The notes under the pieces were generated by a model. That model searched no databases. It was not told the DNA's origin and saw only the letters and a list, made by a program, of their open reading frames with translations. A stretch of 64,000 bases of DNA from Polyangiales bacterium (GTDB lineage: Bacteria; Myxococcota_A; Polyangia; Polyangiales; Polyangiaceae): positions 1-64,000 of the forward strand of contig JBBRLQ010000037.1 in the NCBI GenBank assembly GCA_038231275.1. The letters run 5' to 3'. The translations under genes and the position numbers were made by a program. Below are positions 37,596-49,830 of this stretch, piece after piece; the first letter of the stretch is position 1; every line of letters begins with the position of its first letter.

Positions 37596-39794
37596 TCAAC
37601 AGCAGCCGCTGCAGACGCCTGGGAAGTTGAGCGTGAGGTTCAGCACCGGTAGCGGAATACAGATTCCGACTGTTGAGCCGGCAGCGTTGAGCACCGTGAA
37701 CTTCGCGGTGCCGGTGAGCGAGCACGGTGACGTCTGATTTTGGCAGACCGCGCCGTAGCCAACGCCGTCCTGCACCGACGTGCCCGCGTTCAGGACGACG
37801 CTCTGGCTGAATGCGAGGTTGCCGAAGTAAAAGTTGTTGCTGGCGTCGCTCGGGTACGGCGGGTCGCCGGTGACGTTCGCGGGCATGTTCCCCGTGTTCG
37901 TGACGGTGTAGGGGGTCAGCGCGCACGACGTCACCGCGACCTGGTTACCACCGACGAACGACAGGTTTGCGCCGCTCACCGCGACGCTCACGGGCACCGT
38001 GCGGGTTGGGTTTCCGACCTCGTTGGTCGTGAAGGCGAGCGAGTCGGCTCTCGAGGAGCCCCCCGCGATGCCGGTGCCGATCGCGGCGGCCTGGACCACG
38101 ATCGAGCCCTGCGATTGCGCAGGAATCGACGCGGGCGCCGACGTGACCGTGAAGGTGCCGTTCACGCTTTTGACGCCGACGAGCGTCAGCGGCGCGTTGC
38201 CGGTGTTCTGAACGAGCAGCGTCGCCTGCGACGTCGCGCCGTTCCCGCAGGTGGCGGCGAGGGCGATCGTGCCTGTCGGAAAGGTGGCGACGGGAACCGC
38301 GCCGGTTGCCGTGAGCGAGACGACGCCGGGCGGCGCGGCGCACATCGCCTGCGTGGTCGACACCTTGACCGAGCCACCGACCGTCGCGTTCGACGTGGAA
38401 GTAAACGATGCGGTCCCGATCGCCTGTCCGCCGCCGCTCGCTGCGGTCGACGTCCCGGTGAACGTCGCGCCGTAGCCGGTCCCGGTGGTGCTCAGCGTGA
38501 GCGGCGCGCTGACGTTGCCGTTGTTCGTCACCGTGAAGGGCAAGGTCGCCGTCGTGTTTTGCACGGTCCCGAACGCGGAGGTCGGCATGGCAAAAACCAG
38601 GATGGCGCCTTGCGCCGACTCCTTCAGCGTGAGGGTGGTCGGGCCGACGCCGGACGACGCGGCGGGCGTGACGACGAGCGTATCGTCGTAGGCGCCGACT
38701 GCGATGTTGCCGGGGACTGGGATGGCCTTCGGCGTCACGGTGATCACGGTCTGTCCGTTGCCTGGGACGGTGCCGCTCGCCACGTCCACCTGGAACGGTG
38801 ACGCAGCGCCGCGGCCGAGCGCGTCCGTGAACGTCACGCCGCCCGCCGAGGTGTTCTTGATCGTGACCTGGAGCGCGGCACCCTTCGCGCCGCACGAGAC
38901 CGTCCCGAACTGCAGCGGGTCGGGCCCTACGGTGATCTGCGCAGCCGTCCCGGTGCCGCTGAGCGACACCGCGCTGGCCGCCGAGGCGCAAAGGGGGTCG
39001 GTCGTCTGGATCGCGGCCGTCGCCGTCTTCAGCGCGCCGCCGCTGGTCGGATGAAACGTCGCGCTCGCGCCCGAAAGGACGCCGCCGCCCGGCGCGATCG
39101 CCCCCGGCGCAGGAGCCCCGGTGTACGTAACGCCGAACTCCGCGTCGGTCGCCGTCGCCAGTGTGACGTTGACGGCCAGGTTGCCGACGTTCGTGATGGT
39201 GAGCGGAATGGGCGTCCCGTCCAGGCCAATCTGGACCTGGCCGAAGCCAGCAAGCGCCGGCGAAACGGCGAGCGAGCCGCCTTGTGGCGTCACGCTGAGC
39301 GGCACGCGCACCTGCGTGAATCCTGGCACGTCGGTCGTGACCGTGAGGGCGCCGGCGACAGCGGTGCCGGCCTTCGAGGTCGTAGGCACGTTGGCGACGG
39401 CGACCGCCAGTGACGCGCTGGCGCCCGGCGCGACCGTGCCGGAGCTCGTCCCCTGCACGGCGAAGACGGCGCCGTTCTCGATCGCCGCCGAGTAGGTGAT
39501 GGGCACGGGGCCGGTGTTCGTGAACGTGTACGTCTTTGGCGCGCCACCAGCGCCACAATTGACCAGCCCGAAATCGATCGGTGTGGTGTCGAAGCTTCCG
39601 CTGGCAGATGCGTCGCTCCCGGGCGGCGGAGCGCTCGTGTCCGAGCCGTGCGCATCGAAACCCGGTAACGATGCGGCGTCGAAGCTCGCGTCGACACCGT
39701 TCGGGGACGACGCGCTGTCGACGCAGCCCGACGCCAAGGCGCTTCCGGTCAAGAGGGCCACGGTCAGGGAGAGGAGGAGCTTGGCACTTCGCAT
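37596..39794 (-). CDS. Lipoprotein with tandem Ig-like (ASH/choice-of-anchor D-like) domains
   Basis: ASGC lipobox; repeated FG.V...T.TN.G..P...L.G.G units. Confidence 0.8.
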   Translation of the reverse strand: MRSAKLLLSLTVALLTGSALASGCVDSASSPNGVDASFDAASLPGFDAHGSDTSAPPPGSDASASGSFDTTPIDFGLVNCGAGGAPKTYTFTNTGPVPITYSAAIENGAVFAVQGTSSGTVAPGASASLAVAVANVPTTSKAGTAVAGALTVTTDVPGFTQVRVPLSVTPQGGSLAVSPALAGFGQVQIGLDGTPIPLTITNVGNLAVNVTLATATDAEFGVTYTGAPAPGAIAPGGGVLSGASATFHPTSGGALKTATAAIQTTDPLCASAASAVSLSGTGTAAQITVGPDPLQFGTVSCGAKGAALQVTIKNTSAGGVTFTDALGRGAASPFQVDVASGTVPGNGQTVITVTPKAIPVPGNIAVGAYDDTLVVTPAASSGVGPTTLTLKESAQGAILVFAMPTSAFGTVQNTTATLPFTVTNNGNVSAPLTLSTTGTGYGATFTGTSTAASGGGQAIGTASFTSTSNATVGGSVKVSTTQAMCAAPPGVVSLTATGAVPVATFPTGTIALAATCGNGATSQATLLVQNTGNAPLTLVGVKSVNGTFTVTSAPASIPAQSQGSIVVQAAAIGTGIAGGSSRADSLAFTTNEVGNPTRTVPVSVAVSGANLSFVGGNQVAVTSCALTPYTVTNTGNMPANVTGDPPYPSDASNNFYFGNLAFSQSVVLNAGTSVQDGVGYGAVCQNQTSPCSLTGTAKFTVLNAAGSTVGICIPLPVLNLTLNFPGVCSGCC

Positions 39795-39924
39795 CGTCGA
39801 CGACCTTACCACCACGAACCCGGCGTGCCCTGCCCTGCGCACATTCGGACGAGTCACCCAAACGGACGACGCTTGGGACCTCCAGTATGTCGCAAAGGTA
39901 CGCGGTTTTGCGGCGTCTCCGAGC

Positions 39925-40599
39925 TCACGCCCCGCGCGGCAAGCCGAGGGCGTCGAGGGCGGCGCCGAGATCGTCGGGCATCGGGGCGGTGACGTCGATG
40001 CGGGCGCCCGTGAGCGGATGGTCGAAAGCGATCGTGCTCGCATGGAGCGCGAGGCGATGAAGGCCGTAGGTCGCGCGGTAGTGGCGGTTGATCGCGCCGG
40101 AGCCGTGCTTCATGTCGCCGATGAGCGGATGGTCGATGTGGCGGAGGTGGCGGCGGATCTGGTGGAGGCGGCCCGTCTCCGGCATCGCGAGAACGAGCGA
40201 GCAGCGATCGATCTCCGACCGCGCGACGCGGCGAAAGCGGGTTCGAGCCGGGACGCGCGGACCGTCCTCGGCCTTCTGGATGGGGTAGTCGATCACCCCT
40301 TCGTCCGGCGGCGTGCCGCGGACGAGCGCGAGGTAGCGCTTGTCGACCCTTCCCTCCTCGAACATCTTCGCGAGCGCGGCGGCGGCCTCTTTCGTGCGGG
40401 CGAAGACGAGCGCGCCGCTGGTGCCGCGATCGAGGCGGTGCACGGGAAAGACGTGGGCGCCGCCGAGCGCATCGCGGACGCGGAACATCGCGACGTCGTC
40501 GTCGTCGTCCCAGCCGCGGTGCACGAGGAGGCCCGATGGCTTGTTCGCGACGACGATTTCGGGATCGACGTGCAGCAGCTCGATGGGCGGAGAACCCAC
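39925..40599 (-). CDS. RluA/TruC-family pseudouridine synthase
   Basis: NKPSGLLVH, HRLDRGTSG, TGRLHQIR, HPLIGD. Confidence 0.93.
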   Translation of the reverse strand: MGSPPIELLHVDPEIVVANKPSGLLVHRGWDDDDDVAMFRVRDALGGAHVFPVHRLDRGTSGALVFARTKEAAAALAKMFEEGRVDKRYLALVRGTPPDEGVIDYPIQKAEDGPRVPARTRFRRVARSEIDRCSLVLAMPETGRLHQIRRHLRHIDHPLIGDMKHGSGAINRHYRATYGLHRLALHASTIAFDHPLTGARIDVTAPMPDDLGAALDALGLPRGA

Positions 40600-40609
40600 G
40601 GGGACCGCC

Positions 40610-42982
40610 TCAGGTCGATACGGGCGTCGATACGGGCGCCGATGCAGGCGGCGACGCGAGCGCGGCGGTGACGACCTTGGACGGCGCCTCGCTGCTCGTG
40701 CACCAGAGCTGGTGCGCCGCGCGGGTGGAGGCGACGTACATCGCGTGGCGCGCCGGCGCGTTGTCGGGGTAGCTCGTGGCGGTGGTCTCGAGGAGGACCA
40801 CCTCGTCGAACTCGAGGCCTTTGGTCTGCATGACGTCGGTGACGTCGACGCCGGGCTCCCACGTGAAGTCCTGCCTCGACACGCGGCGGACGTTCACGAC
40901 CTCCGCGCGCACGAGCCCCTCGTAGTACATCTCTGCCTGCGGGCCGAAGCGCGCGATGAGCGCGACGTTTGCCTTTGGCTCCTCGCGCGCGAGCTCGCGC
41001 AGCGCGTCGGCCAGGAACGCGACGCCTTCGCCCGCCGACGCGAACGTGAAGAGCTCGACGGGCGGCCCGTGGCGCGTCGCGATCGGCTCGGCCTCGTGCG
41101 CGTACGGTCCGAGGACGCCGCGCGCGAAGGTCGTGATCTCCGACGTCGAGCGGTAGCTCACGCGGAGCGGCTCGACGAGCGTGTGCGGGACGCCGAGCTG
41201 ATCCAGGAGCTTCTCCCAATCGAGCTCGCCGCGATCGTCTCCACCTTGGTACATGCGCTGCGCGGCGTCGCCGGCGAGCGTGACGCTGCGCTCCTTGCCG
41301 GTCAGCTCGAGGAGCACGCGCAGCTCGATCGGGCTCGCGTCCTGCACCTCGTCGAGGAACATGTGCGCGACGCGGAGCGGCTTGCCCTCGTCGTCGATGA
41401 GCGGACCGCGCACGACCTGCCAGGTTCGGAGGAGGAGCGCGTGGTCCTCGGCGTCGAGCGTCGGCTCGTCCCCGTCCCGCTCGCCGTCGTGGCGGATGCG
41501 CGCGCGCTGAATGCACCACTCGTGGACTTGATCGAGCTGCCCCGGTCCGAGATCGGCCACGCCCTCGAACGTCTCGGCGAGGCGCTCGCGGTTGGTCGTG
41601 AGCTCGTCCCACACCTGCACGAGCGCGCGCGTCTCCTGGCGCAGCTCGTGGCCCAAACGCTCGAGCGCGCCGCGTGTTACCTCGGGCAACGACTGCGCGC
41701 TCGGCACGCCCTCGATCACGCGCTTGCCGGCGAGCCACATCGCCAGCGCAGTGACGCGCGAGTCCGGCGGCATCCCGGCGGTCCCCTTCCACGCGGTGAC
41801 GACGCGCGACCCCTCGGGCCAGCTCGCCATCGCCTCCGGCACGCGCGCGTCGACCTCGCGATCGACCCGCGCCCCGATCCGCTCGATCGCCGCGAGCATC
41901 GCGGGGTGGCTCTTCGCGCGCGAGACGACCGGCGGCGTGTCGTCGTTGATGCGCATCGGCAGCTTCGGGAAGAGATCCGGCAAGAGGCGCCGCGCCCACC
42001 TCCCGAACGTCGTCACCGCCACGCCCTCGACCCCGAGCGACGGCAGCACGCGCGCCGTGTAGTGGAGCAGCGCCTCGTTCGGGACGACGACCATCATGCG
42101 ATCGGGCCGAAAACGCTGGGGATCGGCGAACGCGAGGTACGCCACGCGGTGCAGGCCCACGGTGGTCTTGCCGCTGCCGGCGCTTCCCTGGATGACGATG
42201 AGCCCGGCGCTCGGCTTGGTGATGATCTGGTACTGCGACTCGTCGAGCATCGACGCGATCGCCGGGAGCAGCTTGTCCTCGCGGATGCGGCCCTCGGCGT
42301 CGATGCCGAGCTTCTTCTTCTCCGTCTGGAGCTTCGCGGAGACGACGCCGACGCGCGACCACACTCCCCCCTCGCCCTTGCGGAACGTCCCCTCCGGGCA
42401 CGCGACGCGGCGCAGCTCGCCGCCGACGATCGCGACCGTGCGACGCAGCTGGACCTCGCCCTCGACGATGCGGCTGCCGAGCTCCTCTTCGTAGTCGTCG
42501 CCCTCTTGGTAGCGGTAGAAGATCTTGCTCACCGGCGCGTGTCGCCAGTCGACGATGCGGACGCCGGCGCCTTCGATCCAGGATTTCTGGCCGATGAGCA
42601 CGTCGCGCCGTCGGCCATTTTCGACGAGTCGGAGGTGCGCAAAATAAGGGCTGCCGCGATCGACGGTGCCGGTTTGCCCGCGCCCTCGCTGCGCGCGCAA
42701 GGCGCCGATGTGGTGCATCTGCTCGAAGAGCGCCGGCAGATCCTCGGGCTTCGCGCTGGCGACCTCCTCGCGCAGCTCCAGCATCAGGTTGTCGTCGATC
42801 TGGCGGCCCAGGACCGCGGTGCGATCGGACGCCGCCGCCCCATCCAGCGTCGCGAGGACGGTCTGGAGCAGGCGCAGCTCTTCCCGCACGACGCGCGCGC
42901 CGGCCTCGTCATCCTCCAGCCCGGGGACGGCGGAGAGGTCTTGCGGCGCGGTGGATTGGGAAATCACGGGGTTTGGGGTCAT
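40610..42982 (-). CDS. HelD-like SF1 ATPase (RNA polymerase recycling/UvrD-like)
   Basis: SPYFAHL, IVDWR.AP, GSAGSGKTTVGLHR.AYL, DEVQD, GD.AQ, YRST, KGLEFD, YVASTRA. Confidence 0.85.
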   Translation of the reverse strand: MTPNPVISQSTAPQDLSAVPGLEDDEAGARVVREELRLLQTVLATLDGAAASDRTAVLGRQIDDNLMLELREEVASAKPEDLPALFEQMHHIGALRAQRGRGQTGTVDRGSPYFAHLRLVENGRRRDVLIGQKSWIEGAGVRIVDWRHAPVSKIFYRYQEGDDYEEELGSRIVEGEVQLRRTVAIVGGELRRVACPEGTFRKGEGGVWSRVGVVSAKLQTEKKKLGIDAEGRIREDKLLPAIASMLDESQYQIITKPSAGLIVIQGSAGSGKTTVGLHRVAYLAFADPQRFRPDRMMVVVPNEALLHYTARVLPSLGVEGVAVTTFGRWARRLLPDLFPKLPMRINDDTPPVVSRAKSHPAMLAAIERIGARVDREVDARVPEAMASWPEGSRVVTAWKGTAGMPPDSRVTALAMWLAGKRVIEGVPSAQSLPEVTRGALERLGHELRQETRALVQVWDELTTNRERLAETFEGVADLGPGQLDQVHEWCIQRARIRHDGERDGDEPTLDAEDHALLLRTWQVVRGPLIDDEGKPLRVAHMFLDEVQDASPIELRVLLELTGKERSVTLAGDAAQRMYQGGDDRGELDWEKLLDQLGVPHTLVEPLRVSYRSTSEITTFARGVLGPYAHEAEPIATRHGPPVELFTFASAGEGVAFLADALRELAREEPKANVALIARFGPQAEMYYEGLVRAEVVNVRRVSRQDFTWEPGVDVTDVMQTKGLEFDEVVLLETTATSYPDNAPARHAMYVASTRAAHQLWCTSSEAPSKVVTAALASPPASAPVSTPVST

Positions 42983-43051
42983 GCGTCCGCTTTTGGGCGG
43001 GCGCAAGGGGGGAACTTTCTTACCCGCAATCTCACGAAACGGAAGCGGAAT

Positions 43052-43732
43052 TCACGGCATCCCTACGATGACCGTCACCGGCGGCGATCGCCAGAGCGCG
43101 TCGGTCGTCGAAAAGCCCGCGTCGCGCAGCAGCCCGAGCTCCACCGCCATCGGGAGGTACGTGTCCTCGCCGCGCCACTCCGCGAAGCGTGCGTGCGCCT
43201 GCGCGCGCGTATCGCCATGCCCCTCGAGGTGGTCGGCCCAAAGCTCGTGCGTCAGCGATCGTAGCCCTTCGCCCTCGTGCATCGTTGCGTCGGCGTTGAC
43301 GAACACGCCGCCCGGACGAAGCGCGGCGCGGATCCTCCGGTACACCTCGCGCTTCGCGTCGACATTCGGGATGTGGTGCAGCGAAAGCGACGCGATAAAG
43401 GCGTCCGCCTCGGGGAGCGCGCCGTCGAACGACGCCTCCTGGAACGTCACACGTTCGCCAAACGACGCGAGCCGCTCTCTAGCTCGCGCGAGCATCGCCG
43501 CGTCGACGTCAATGAGGTGCACGCGCGCCTCGGGCAAGGCCATCGCGACCCGATGCGCGAACGCCCCCGTCCCTGCCCCGAGATCCACGACACGCCCGCC
43601 CGCCGGCACCGTACGCCGGAGCACCTCGACCCCGACCCGCAGCATCTCCACGTAGCCGGGAATGAACGCACCGATCGCCCGATCGTACTCAGCGGGATCG
43701 AGGCTCAAGTGGCTCTGGACGCTATGACTCAT
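43052..43732 (-). CDS. Class I SAM-dependent methyltransferase
   Basis: VDLGAGTG, SLHH, LRPGG. Confidence 0.9.
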   Translation of the reverse strand: MSHSVQSHLSLDPAEYDRAIGAFIPGYVEMLRVGVEVLRRTVPAGGRVVDLGAGTGAFAHRVAMALPEARVHLIDVDAAMLARARERLASFGERVTFQEASFDGALPEADAFIASLSLHHIPNVDAKREVYRRIRAALRPGGVFVNADATMHEGEGLRSLTHELWADHLEGHGDTRAQAHARFAEWRGEDTYLPMAVELGLLRDAGFSTTDALWRSPPVTVIVGMP

Positions 43733-43794
43733 CGTGGCGGAGAAACCTCGCCATCATCCCCCTCGCGTCAACCCCCTGCCCACCGCGCCGCGCT

Positions 43795-44562
43795 TCAGAG
43801 AATGAAGTGATCCCCGAGATTCAGGACGGTGAGGTTAACGCCCTTCAAGCGCCCCACCTCGCGCTCCACCTTGGCCTGGAAAACAGGTTTGATGTGGTAG
43901 AGCAGCGTCGGGAGATCCTTCGGGCTTTTGTACTTGAGGAGCTCGGGCCCGAGCGTGCGCGGCGTGTGGTGGCCGGAGACGGTCGCGACCTTCTGCTCTT
44001 CGTCTGGAAAGCTCACTTCCATCAGCAGCGCGCGGAGGTTCGGGGTCTCGTTGAGGACCTCCCAGAGGCGCTTGGTCGGCCCGGTGTCGCCGCTGTAACC
44101 GATCGAGCCGTCCTTGCCGGTCACGATGAACGCGCACGTCTCGATCGTGTGGCTGACGAGGATCGCGCGCACCGTGTAGCCCGCGACCTGGGTCGGCACC
44201 TCGGGCTTCAGCGGCATGTACTCGATGGTCGGCTTCCTCGCGCTCGGGATCTTGGTGAAGTCCGGCCAGAGGAGGCCGTTGAAGAAGTGCTTCCGCAAGA
44301 TGCCGATCGTCTGCTTGGTGCCGGCGATGACGAGCGGCGGACACCCGTTCTGCGCGCGGTTGTCGGCGATGGTCGCCAGATCGCGGATGTGGTCGAGGTG
44401 CGCGTGGCTAACGAGGCACGCCGTGAGCGCGCACTGGGCCTTCAGGTCCATGCCGCTCGTGAGCGAGCCGGCGTCGATGGCGAGGATGTCGTCCACCACG
44501 AACGCGCTCGTGCGGTGCTTCGGCGTCTCTCCCCCGTGGCAGCCGATGACGCGGAGATCCAT
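43795..44562 (-). CDS. Class II (MBL-fold) 3',5'-cyclic-nucleotide phosphodiesterase
   Basis: SHAHLDH, FFNGLLWPDF, SGDTGPT, EVSFP, HHTP. Confidence 0.88.
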   Translation of the reverse strand: MDLRVIGCHGGETPKHRTSAFVVDDILAIDAGSLTSGMDLKAQCALTACLVSHAHLDHIRDLATIADNRAQNGCPPLVIAGTKQTIGILRKHFFNGLLWPDFTKIPSARKPTIEYMPLKPEVPTQVAGYTVRAILVSHTIETCAFIVTGKDGSIGYSGDTGPTKRLWEVLNETPNLRALLMEVSFPDEEQKVATVSGHHTPRTLGPELLKYKSPKDLPTLLYHIKPVFQAKVEREVGRLKGVNLTVLNLGDHFIL

Positions 44563-45206
44563 CAGCCCCCCTCGAACTTCTTGGGCATCTCGAGGAACTC
44601 CAAGAACTCCAGTAGGCGTCCCACGTCCTCGATCACGATCCCCGTCTCGTCGACGTCGGCGATGTGGAGGCGCTTGAGGCGGCCGAGGACCTCTTCGACG
44701 TCGGCCTTGGCGGTGCCGACCTCCGCCGCGAGATCAGCGGCGCTCATGTGCAAGGCCACGCCGGCCTCGGTGGTCTGCCCGAACGCGCCGGCGTGCCGCT
44801 TCAGCCCGAGCATCACGCGCGCGCGCGGATCGCGGGTCATCAGGATCTGGATCATCTCGTCGGCGGCGTCGAGGCGGCGCGCGAGCTTCTTGATGAGGCG
44901 CATCGCGATCTCGGTATTTTTCGCGATCATCGTCTCGAGCGTCTTGGCGTCGATGACGAGGACGCGCGCGTCTTGCAGGACCGTCGCGGTCGCCGTCCGC
45001 GGCTTGCCGTTCAGGATCGCCATCTCGCCGAGGAACTCGCCGCGGCCTAGCACCGCGAGCGGCCGCTCGTCGCCGCCGACCTTCTTGCTGATCTGCACGG
45101 TGCCGCTTTGCAGGACGAACATCTCCTCGCCGCCCTCTCCTTCGTGGAAGAGCACGTCCCCCGCCGGGTACTCCCGGCCAAAACGCGCGAAGAGCGGGTC
45201 CGACAT
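44562..45206 (-). CDS. Crp/Fnr-family cNMP-binding regulator
   Basis: GEFLGEMA..PRTATA cNMP-binding motif, C-terminal HTH. Confidence 0.9.
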   Translation of the reverse strand: MSDPLFARFGREYPAGDVLFHEGEGGEEMFVLQSGTVQISKKVGGDERPLAVLGRGEFLGEMAILNGKPRTATATVLQDARVLVIDAKTLETMIAKNTEIAMRLIKKLARRLDAADEMIQILMTRDPRARVMLGLKRHAGAFGQTTEAGVALHMSAADLAAEVGTAKADVEEVLGRLKRLHIADVDETGIVIEDVGRLLEFLEFLEMPKKFEGG

Positions 45207-45267
45207 CGTCGCCACGTGAACGATACCGTGGCCGTTTGGAACAAGTCAAAATGCACAAAAAACGCCG

Positions 45268-46416
45268 TCAGCGCGGGGCCGGGCCTTTGCAGCCGAGCAG
45301 GACCTCGACGCTCCCTGTCTGATCCGCCCCCACGGTCGTGCACGTGGATGGGCAGAGCAAGATCTTCGTCGGGCTCACGTTGTCATCGAAGTACCAGGCG
45401 TTGGCGACCGCGCCGCACTTCGACGGGTCGGTCACCTGCGTCAGCGTCTGGGGCGTCCCGCCGGACGGCGTGAACTGCACCACGACCTTCGTGGGATCGA
45501 ACGTGCCGGCCTCGGGCTTGGGCAGCGCGAACTCGCAGCCGAGCTTCGTCGTGAGCCCCTTGGCCAGGTTGTCGAGGACCGCGGAGTAGTCGGTCAGGCA
45601 CACCGAGTCGATGATCCCGCCAGTGAGCTGGCTCAGCTGCTGGTACTCGGACCCGTTGTTGACGGCGCTGTTGCACTTGGGGCCGGTGATGAATGCGGTC
45701 CCGGTGCTCCACCCGACGATGCTGTCCACGATGTACTTCCTGCTCGCCTTGGTCCCGAACATCCCCGCTGGCGCCTTGGCCAGGAGCTGCGGATCGAACT
45801 GCGCTGCCTTGACGGGATCGCCGTAGTTGCCGGCGTTGTCGTCGCTCACGATCACGAAGACCTTGTAGGCGTCGAACCGGACGTAGTTCTTCCACGCGCT
45901 GTCATAGGTCGCGAGCGCCCTGCTGAGCGCGTCGTCGCTCTGCACGTCCTGGTTCACGTGATAGAAGGTCGGCGGGTTGTCGGCGCAGCCAGCCCCGCCG
46001 AGGGGCGGCGGAACGCAGATCGTGTTTCCGCTCGTCCCCTTCCGGACGACGAAGATGACCTTGTAGTCGAGCCCGCTCTGGCCAATCTTGGTGGCGAACG
46101 TGTTCACGTTCGTTTTGATCTGCGTCATCTCGGAGGTCATGCTTCCCGAGTCGTCGATGACGAAGATGATGTCGACCGCCGCCTTGTGGGCCGTCGCCGT
46201 CGTCGCCGCGCATGTCAGGTTGGAGTCGCCGTTCGACGCGTCGCCGAAAAGGTCGCCGCTGTCCTCCTGCGGGTTGCTCGAGCCGTCGCCGCCACCCGAG
46301 CCGCCGGCATCCGCGCCGTTCTCGAATCCGCTGTGGGCGACCGTGCCGCTGCACGCCGCAAAGGCGCCGAGCGCCATGACCGATGCAACGAGGCCGAACA
46401 GTGAGAGACGTCGCAT
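45268..46416 (-). CDS. vWA-domain Cys-rich lipoprotein
   Basis: FAAC lipobox, DIIFVIDDSGSM MIDAS motif. Confidence 0.85.
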   Translation of the reverse strand: MRRLSLFGLVASVMALGAFAACSGTVAHSGFENGADAGGSGGGDGSSNPQEDSGDLFGDASNGDSNLTCAATTATAHKAAVDIIFVIDDSGSMTSEMTQIKTNVNTFATKIGQSGLDYKVIFVVRKGTSGNTICVPPPLGGAGCADNPPTFYHVNQDVQSDDALSRALATYDSAWKNYVRFDAYKVFVIVSDDNAGNYGDPVKAAQFDPQLLAKAPAGMFGTKASRKYIVDSIVGWSTGTAFITGPKCNSAVNNGSEYQQLSQLTGGIIDSVCLTDYSAVLDNLAKGLTTKLGCEFALPKPEAGTFDPTKVVVQFTPSGGTPQTLTQVTDPSKCGAVANAWYFDDNVSPTKILLCPSTCTTVGADQTGSVEVLLGCKGPAPR

Positions 46417-46596
46417 CGGTGCTCCTTTTCGAAGTTGCCTGGCGCACTGTGGCATGAAAACGGCGCGTGGGGCAGCGGGTCACACGACGAGTTGGAGGAA
46501 CAAGGCCACGGAGCACTCGCGTGGGGTGGCCGAAATGGGCGAAGGCCGACGGGAACGAACCCGCCGGCCCTCGCCGCGACGATGCGCGAACTCGCC

Positions 46597-48593
<1,997 letters not shown>

Positions 48594-48630
48594 GATTGTG
48601 ATTCCCCAACGATGGCGAGAGTTTGCGGTT

Positions 48631-48657
48631 TTAGCACTCGTGATGATTGAGTGCCAA
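48631..48657. promoter_or_regulatory. CIRCE operator (HrcA)
   Basis: TTAGCACTC-N9-GAGTGCCAA upstream of groES; candidate promoter TGGACT-N16-TACGTT at 48693-48666 on the minus strand. Confidence 0.93.
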
Positions 48658-48725
48658 TCCGCGCCAACGTAAGCGCCCGGGGGAAAAAGTCCAGGGGGTT
48701 TCGCGCCCTTTAGCGTAACTCCGCG

Positions 48726-49742
48726 TTAAAGGCGCGACGGGAAGGTGTCGTCGACGCGGAAGAGCTGGCCGCCCTGAGGATCGCACACCCAGGCGTGGCC
48801 GCGATCGTCGGCGGTGGCGCAGTGGGTGGTGGCGGGGGCGTCGAGCTGTCCGAGGACGTCGATCTGGCCGGTGGAGGAGAGGCCGAGAACGACGAGGCAA
48901 CTGCAGGCGCTGCCTGCTTGGTAGACGTGGCCGCGCGTGGGGTCGTAGCCAATGACGTCGACGCCGTCGCCCTTCGAGAGGCTCGAGAGCATCTTGCCGT
49001 CGTGTGCGATGTCGAGGACCGACAGCGTGCCGTCGAGGCAACCGGCGAGGAAGAAGCCGCGCGCGACGTCGAGCGCGAGCCCGCGCGAGGCGGCGCAGCC
49101 GTTGGGCCACTCGGCGACGATCGCGCGCGTGTGGACGTCGACGACGACGGACGCGCTTTGCCAGCGGTGCGTATACGCGCGGCCGGAGGCCTGATCGACG
49201 ACGAGCGACTCGGGACCGTTCGCGATCGGAATGGCGCCGCTCACCTTCAGCGTGGGTCCATCGGCGAGGGTGAAGATCTCGATCTGGCTCGACGCGGGCT
49301 CGGTGATCCAGAGCTCGCGCGTGGCTTGGACGTACCGCACGTAGTCGGGCGTGCTGGCGACGCGGACGGACGCGACGATTTTTCCGGCGACGGGATCGAT
49401 CGCGGAGAGCGTGCCGGCGGTTCGATCGGTCACGAAGAGAAGGCCCTCGCCTTCGTCGACCGAGGTGGGGCCGTCCTCGTGCCCGCCCGCAAAGGTGGGC
49501 GAGGCCTGGAAGCCGCCGATGGTGGTGACGGCGAGCGTGTCGGGATCGACGAGGGCGAGCCGGCCCGTTCGCCCGCCGGGCGCGAGGACGCGATGAAGCA
49601 GCGGCGAATAGCGGAGATCGTCGAAGCCGACGCCACCGCCGCCGTCGGGGACCGGGACGCTCGTGCCTTGCGGCGTCGTGACGGCGCACGCCATGAGCGC
49701 GGCGGTCGCGAAGAGGTGGAACGGACCAGGTGCTCGGACCAT
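48726..49742 (-). CDS. YncE-like beta-propeller exported protein
   Basis: GFDDLRY, repeated propeller blades, LMAC possible lipobox. Confidence 0.8.
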   Translation of the reverse strand: MVRAPGPFHLFATAALMACAVTTPQGTSVPVPDGGGGVGFDDLRYSPLLHRVLAPGGRTGRLALVDPDTLAVTTIGGFQASPTFAGGHEDGPTSVDEGEGLLFVTDRTAGTLSAIDPVAGKIVASVRVASTPDYVRYVQATRELWITEPASSQIEIFTLADGPTLKVSGAIPIANGPESLVVDQASGRAYTHRWQSASVVVDVHTRAIVAEWPNGCAASRGLALDVARGFFLAGCLDGTLSVLDIAHDGKMLSSLSKGDGVDVIGYDPTRGHVYQAGSACSCLVVLGLSSTGQIDVLGQLDAPATTHCATADDRGHAWVCDPQGGQLFRVDDTFPSRL

Positions 49743-49830
49743 CGCGCGCCATGCGAAGCGTAGCGGTTTGTCACGTTCGGTGCTGGATTTCCCCGGAACG
49801 GTGTCGGGTTCGCCCGGCGAGGGGCAGCGC

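Noticed and set aside
42983..43050. Rifamycin-associated element upstream of the HelD-like gene
   Set aside because: No matching inverted repeat seen in the short intergenic region
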